In this document: positions 27,830 through 29,922 of the stretch, piece by piece | Layout of the letters: each line of letters starts with the position of its first letter | Position numbering within the stretch: position 1 is the first letter of the stretch | From: a virus | Length of the DNA: 29,922 nucleotides | Direction: 5' to 3' (one strand) | Virus genome (UHGV): UHGV-1480788 | The notes under the pieces: generated by a model | What the model saw: the letters and a program-made list of their open reading frames with translations, nothing else | What the model was told of the DNA's origin: nothing | Databases searched by the model: none | Translations under genes and position numbers: made by a program

Positions 27830-28546
27830 ATGGAAAATAAAAAATCACTGACGACAGAACAGCTGGAAGACGCTAAGCGTCTTAAGGCTTTGTATGAGTC
27901 AAAAAAGAAAGAATTGGGAATAACCCAATACTCAATCGCTGATGAACTGGGTATCACCCAAGGAGCGGTAGGGCATTATCTTAATGGCAGAAACGCGCTA
28001 AACGTTGATGTTGCATCTGGTTTTGCACGATTGTTGCAAGTCTCAATTGCTGATTTTAGCCAGTCAATTGCTGCCAAGGTTGCAGAACAGGCAGAAAGCC
28101 TTAAGAGCGATGCCAACGTAAGGTATGCAGGGGAATACAGAGCAGGAAAGAGGTATCCGGTGTTAAGCAGTATCCAGGCTGGCTCGTGGTGTGAAGCATG
28201 CGAACCATACACCATTAAAGACATAGATGTTTGGCTTGAGTCTGACGCGCATATTCAAGGTAATGCGTTCTGGCTTAAAGTGGAAGGTGATTCAATGACG
28301 GCACCGGTTGGGTTAAGCATCCCAGAGGGAACATTCGTTCTTTTCGATACCGGAAGGGAGGCGATCAACGGCAGCTTGGTCATAGCAAAACTTTCTGACT
28401 CTAACGAAGCAACATTCAAGAAGCTGATAATCGACGGCGGAAATAAATACCTCAAGGGACTTAATCCTGCATGGCCTCTCGTGCCAATCAATGGAAACTG
28501 CAAGATTATAGGCGTTGCAATTGAGACAAAACTAAGGCTGGTTTGA
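27830..28546 (+). CDS. cI: CI repressor (HTH N-terminal domain, LexA/S24-type autocleaving C-terminal domain)
   Basis: N-terminus LTTEQLEDAKRLKALYESKKKELG resembles lambda CI; C-terminus FWL.VEGDSMTAP.GLSIPEG....ATFKKL...G.K.LK.LNP..P...INGNCKIIGV matches P22 C2 / lambda CI. Confidence 0.9.
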   Translation: MENKKSLTTEQLEDAKRLKALYESKKKELGITQYSIADELGITQGAVGHYLNGRNALNVDVASGFARLLQVSIADFSQSIAAKVAEQAESLKSDANVRYAGEYRAGKRYPVLSSIQAGSWCEACEPYTIKDIDVWLESDAHIQGNAFWLKVEGDSMTAPVGLSIPEGTFVLFDTGREAINGSLVIAKLSDSNEATFKKLIIDGGNKYLKGLNPAWPLVPINGNCKIIGVAIETKLRLV

Positions 28547-28563
28547 TCACGCAAGGGGAGATT

Positions 28564-28932
28564 ATGGTTGGAACCGCTATAGCAAGCTTTTTTGGGATGT
28601 TGGCAATCTCGACAATTTACGGCTTAGCGCATGCTTTTATTGCGAAATCTCTATCAGAAAAAATAAGCCAGGCTTGGGCGCATAGATCAGCTCGTTTCAT
28701 GATTCTAGTGATCATAGCAATACAATGGATATCTGCATTTATCCTCTATGGTTCAAGCTTATACCTGTTGTATCAAGGCGCGACATTTACGCCTTACACC
28801 AGTGATTACGGAACGCTATACGATGGTAGTGAAGACATCTCTATGGCTTGGATCGTCTTTGGTTTATCTATGGCCGTGTCTGTTGTAGCAGACATCATTA
28901 AGGTAATTCTCGTCTTAACCTTCGCTGACTAA
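28564..28932 (+). CDS. Small integral membrane protein (3 predicted TM helices), cI-coupled, unknown function (rexAB/sieB slot)
   Basis: ATG 17 nt after cI stop with AAGGGGAG upstream; three hydrophobic stretches of about 20-25 aa; no homolog recognised. Confidence 0.65.
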   Translation: MVGTAIASFFGMLAISTIYGLAHAFIAKSLSEKISQAWAHRSARFMILVIIAIQWISAFILYGSSLYLLYQGATFTPYTSDYGTLYDGSEDISMAWIVFGLSMAVSVVADIIKVILVLTFAD

Positions 28933-29063
28933 CCCATAATCCCGGCAGCAATAGCTATCGGGATCCACTTCACATATCCCGCATAAAAAACACTGAACAA
29001 GCAGACACCGAAAAAATAAATATCCTTTGTATTCATTTGCTTATCATTATTTCACCAAAAATA

Positions 29064-29105
29064 AATACCTTGGGTATTTACACAATAAAATACCTACAGT
29101 ATTCT
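29064..29105 (+). promoter_or_regulatory. OL/pL: operators AATACCTTGGGTATT (29064-29078) and AATACCTACAGTATT (29089-29103); pL -35 TTTACA / -10 TATTCT
   Basis: Same AATAC-N5-GTATT motif and 25-bp spacing as OR; promoter elements overlap the operators and point toward N. Confidence 0.55.
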
Positions 29106-29151
29106 TTAGCCATCAGCAGGACGCTGGAAGCCAAACGGAACAGATTGGCAG

Positions 29152-29192
29152 GCTCTTTAACATTGATGGGATTGTCCCGCCGAAATGCGGGA
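29152..29192 (+). promoter_or_regulatory. nutL: boxA (GCTCTTTAACA) plus boxB hairpin identical to nutR
   Basis: TCCCGCCGAAATGCGGGA at 29175-29192 is the exact inverted copy of the nutR boxB at 27478-27497. Confidence 0.65.
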
Positions 29193-29505
29193 ACCAAAGA
29201 GTAGTTGGCTTTGGGGTGACGTGAAGTGCAGCTGCACGACGGCAACCGGAAGATAAGCACCCGGCGCGTCACCGCCAAAGTCAATTCCATAGGCGTTATG
29301 CAGCCGCCACCATATTCAAGAAAGCTGCACAAGAGGTAGGAGGATTTATGTGAATACTTACATTCAATTGAGAGATTAATTAAATAGAACTGATCGAGCA
29401 GAGTCCATAAAGGCTCATAAATGCTCTTCCATCCCCGTCTAATTGGCGGGGAAGGAAACCACTTTGTAATAAAAAAATTCCAAAGTTGTTTCATCGGAGG
29501 TCAAC

Positions 29506-29805
29506 ATGACAGTAGTCATTACATATCTGGCTGACGATAACGCCAGAAATCGCCGCAGAGCACGCAGACAGGCTCAACGTGAACAGGCAATGCAAGAGCA
29601 GCGACTGGCGCGAAAAATTGCGCTAAAGCTCTCTGGTTGCGTCAGAGCAGACAAAGCATCATCACTTGGCAGCCTTCTCTGCAAGAAGGCAGATGAAGTC
29701 GAGCGTAAACAGAACCGTATTTACTACCGCAAGCCACGCAGTGAAATGGGTGTGACTTGTGTTGGTCGCCAGAAAATGAAATTAGGCAGCAAACCACTTA
29801 TTTGA
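29506..29805 (+). CDS. N: Antiterminator N (arginine-rich motif)
   Basis: ARM NARNRRRARRQAQREQ near N-terminus; C-terminus ..NRIYYRKPRSEMGVTCVGRQKMKLGSKPLI aligns with lambda N C-terminus (..RTWYSKPGERGITCSGRQKIKGKSIPLI); GGAGG RBS. Confidence 0.8.
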   Translation: MTVVITYLADDNARNRRRARRQAQREQAMQEQRLARKIALKLSGCVRADKASSLGSLLCKKADEVERKQNRIYYRKPRSEMGVTCVGRQKMKLGSKPLI

Positions 29806-29813
29806 GGTGAGAT

Positions 29814-29900
29814 ATGGAAGAAGAATTTGAAGAGTTCGAAGAGCATCCGCAGGATGTGATGGAACAGTACCAGGACTATCCGTATGACTACGACTATTGA
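29814..29900 (+). CDS. Possible acidic micro-protein (28 aa, MEEEFEEFEEHPQDVMEQYQDYPYDYDY)
   Basis: GAGGTGA RBS 6 nt upstream; starts 9 nt after N stop; extreme acidic/aromatic composition. Confidence 0.35.
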   Translation: MEEEFEEFEEHPQDVMEQYQDYPYDYDY

Positions 29901-29922
29901 TACAAATCAATGGTGTGGACAA

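Noticed and set aside
28938-28963. Hairpin after the membrane-protein gene as a t-imm-like terminator
   Set aside because: The stem is imperfect (6 bp plus 3 bp with a bulge) and no U-tract follows on the transcribed strand, so it is not reported as a feature.
29078-29494. 138-aa minus-strand ORF between OL and N
   Set aside because: It runs antisense across pL, nutL and the N leader, has non-protein-like composition (Cys/Trp/Phe-rich, low complexity) and no RBS; lambda has no gene here.

Overview
This window reads as about 30 kb of a mosaic lambdoid prophage of an enterobacterium (E. coli/Shigella-like), with no integrase, tRNA, rRNA or CRISPR array. All homology statements are my own reading of the translated ORFs against remembered phage proteins; no database search was run. 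The minus strand carries a P22/Sf6-like late operon from small terminase (16507..17034) through large terminase, portal, scaffold, coat, head-completion, tail needle and three ejection proteins to a tailspike (369..2282). Upstream of it on the same strand are a lambda-type lysis cassette (S, R, Rz/Rz1), lambda-type Q with a pR'/tR' module, a nin region (NinB, NinE, NinF, NinH, RusA, Roi/KilAC-like), a DnaB-family helicase and an O-like initiator with in-gene origin iterons. The right end holds the immunity region: cII, nutR, cro, OR, cI, OL/pL, nutL and N. The best candidates for undescribed biology are accessory genes sitting in known moron slots: (1) an Mnt-type repressor plus outer-membrane lipoprotein where P22 carries sieA-mnt, with arc/ant missing; (2) a 3-TM membrane protein coupled to cI in the rexAB/sieB slot; (3) a convergent small-gene cassette between terS and the lysis genes; and (4) three small genes between helicase and ninB. 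None has a function I can assign from sequence. Several ORF-track starts are GTG/TTG codons and I moved some to ATGs with better ribosome-binding sites.
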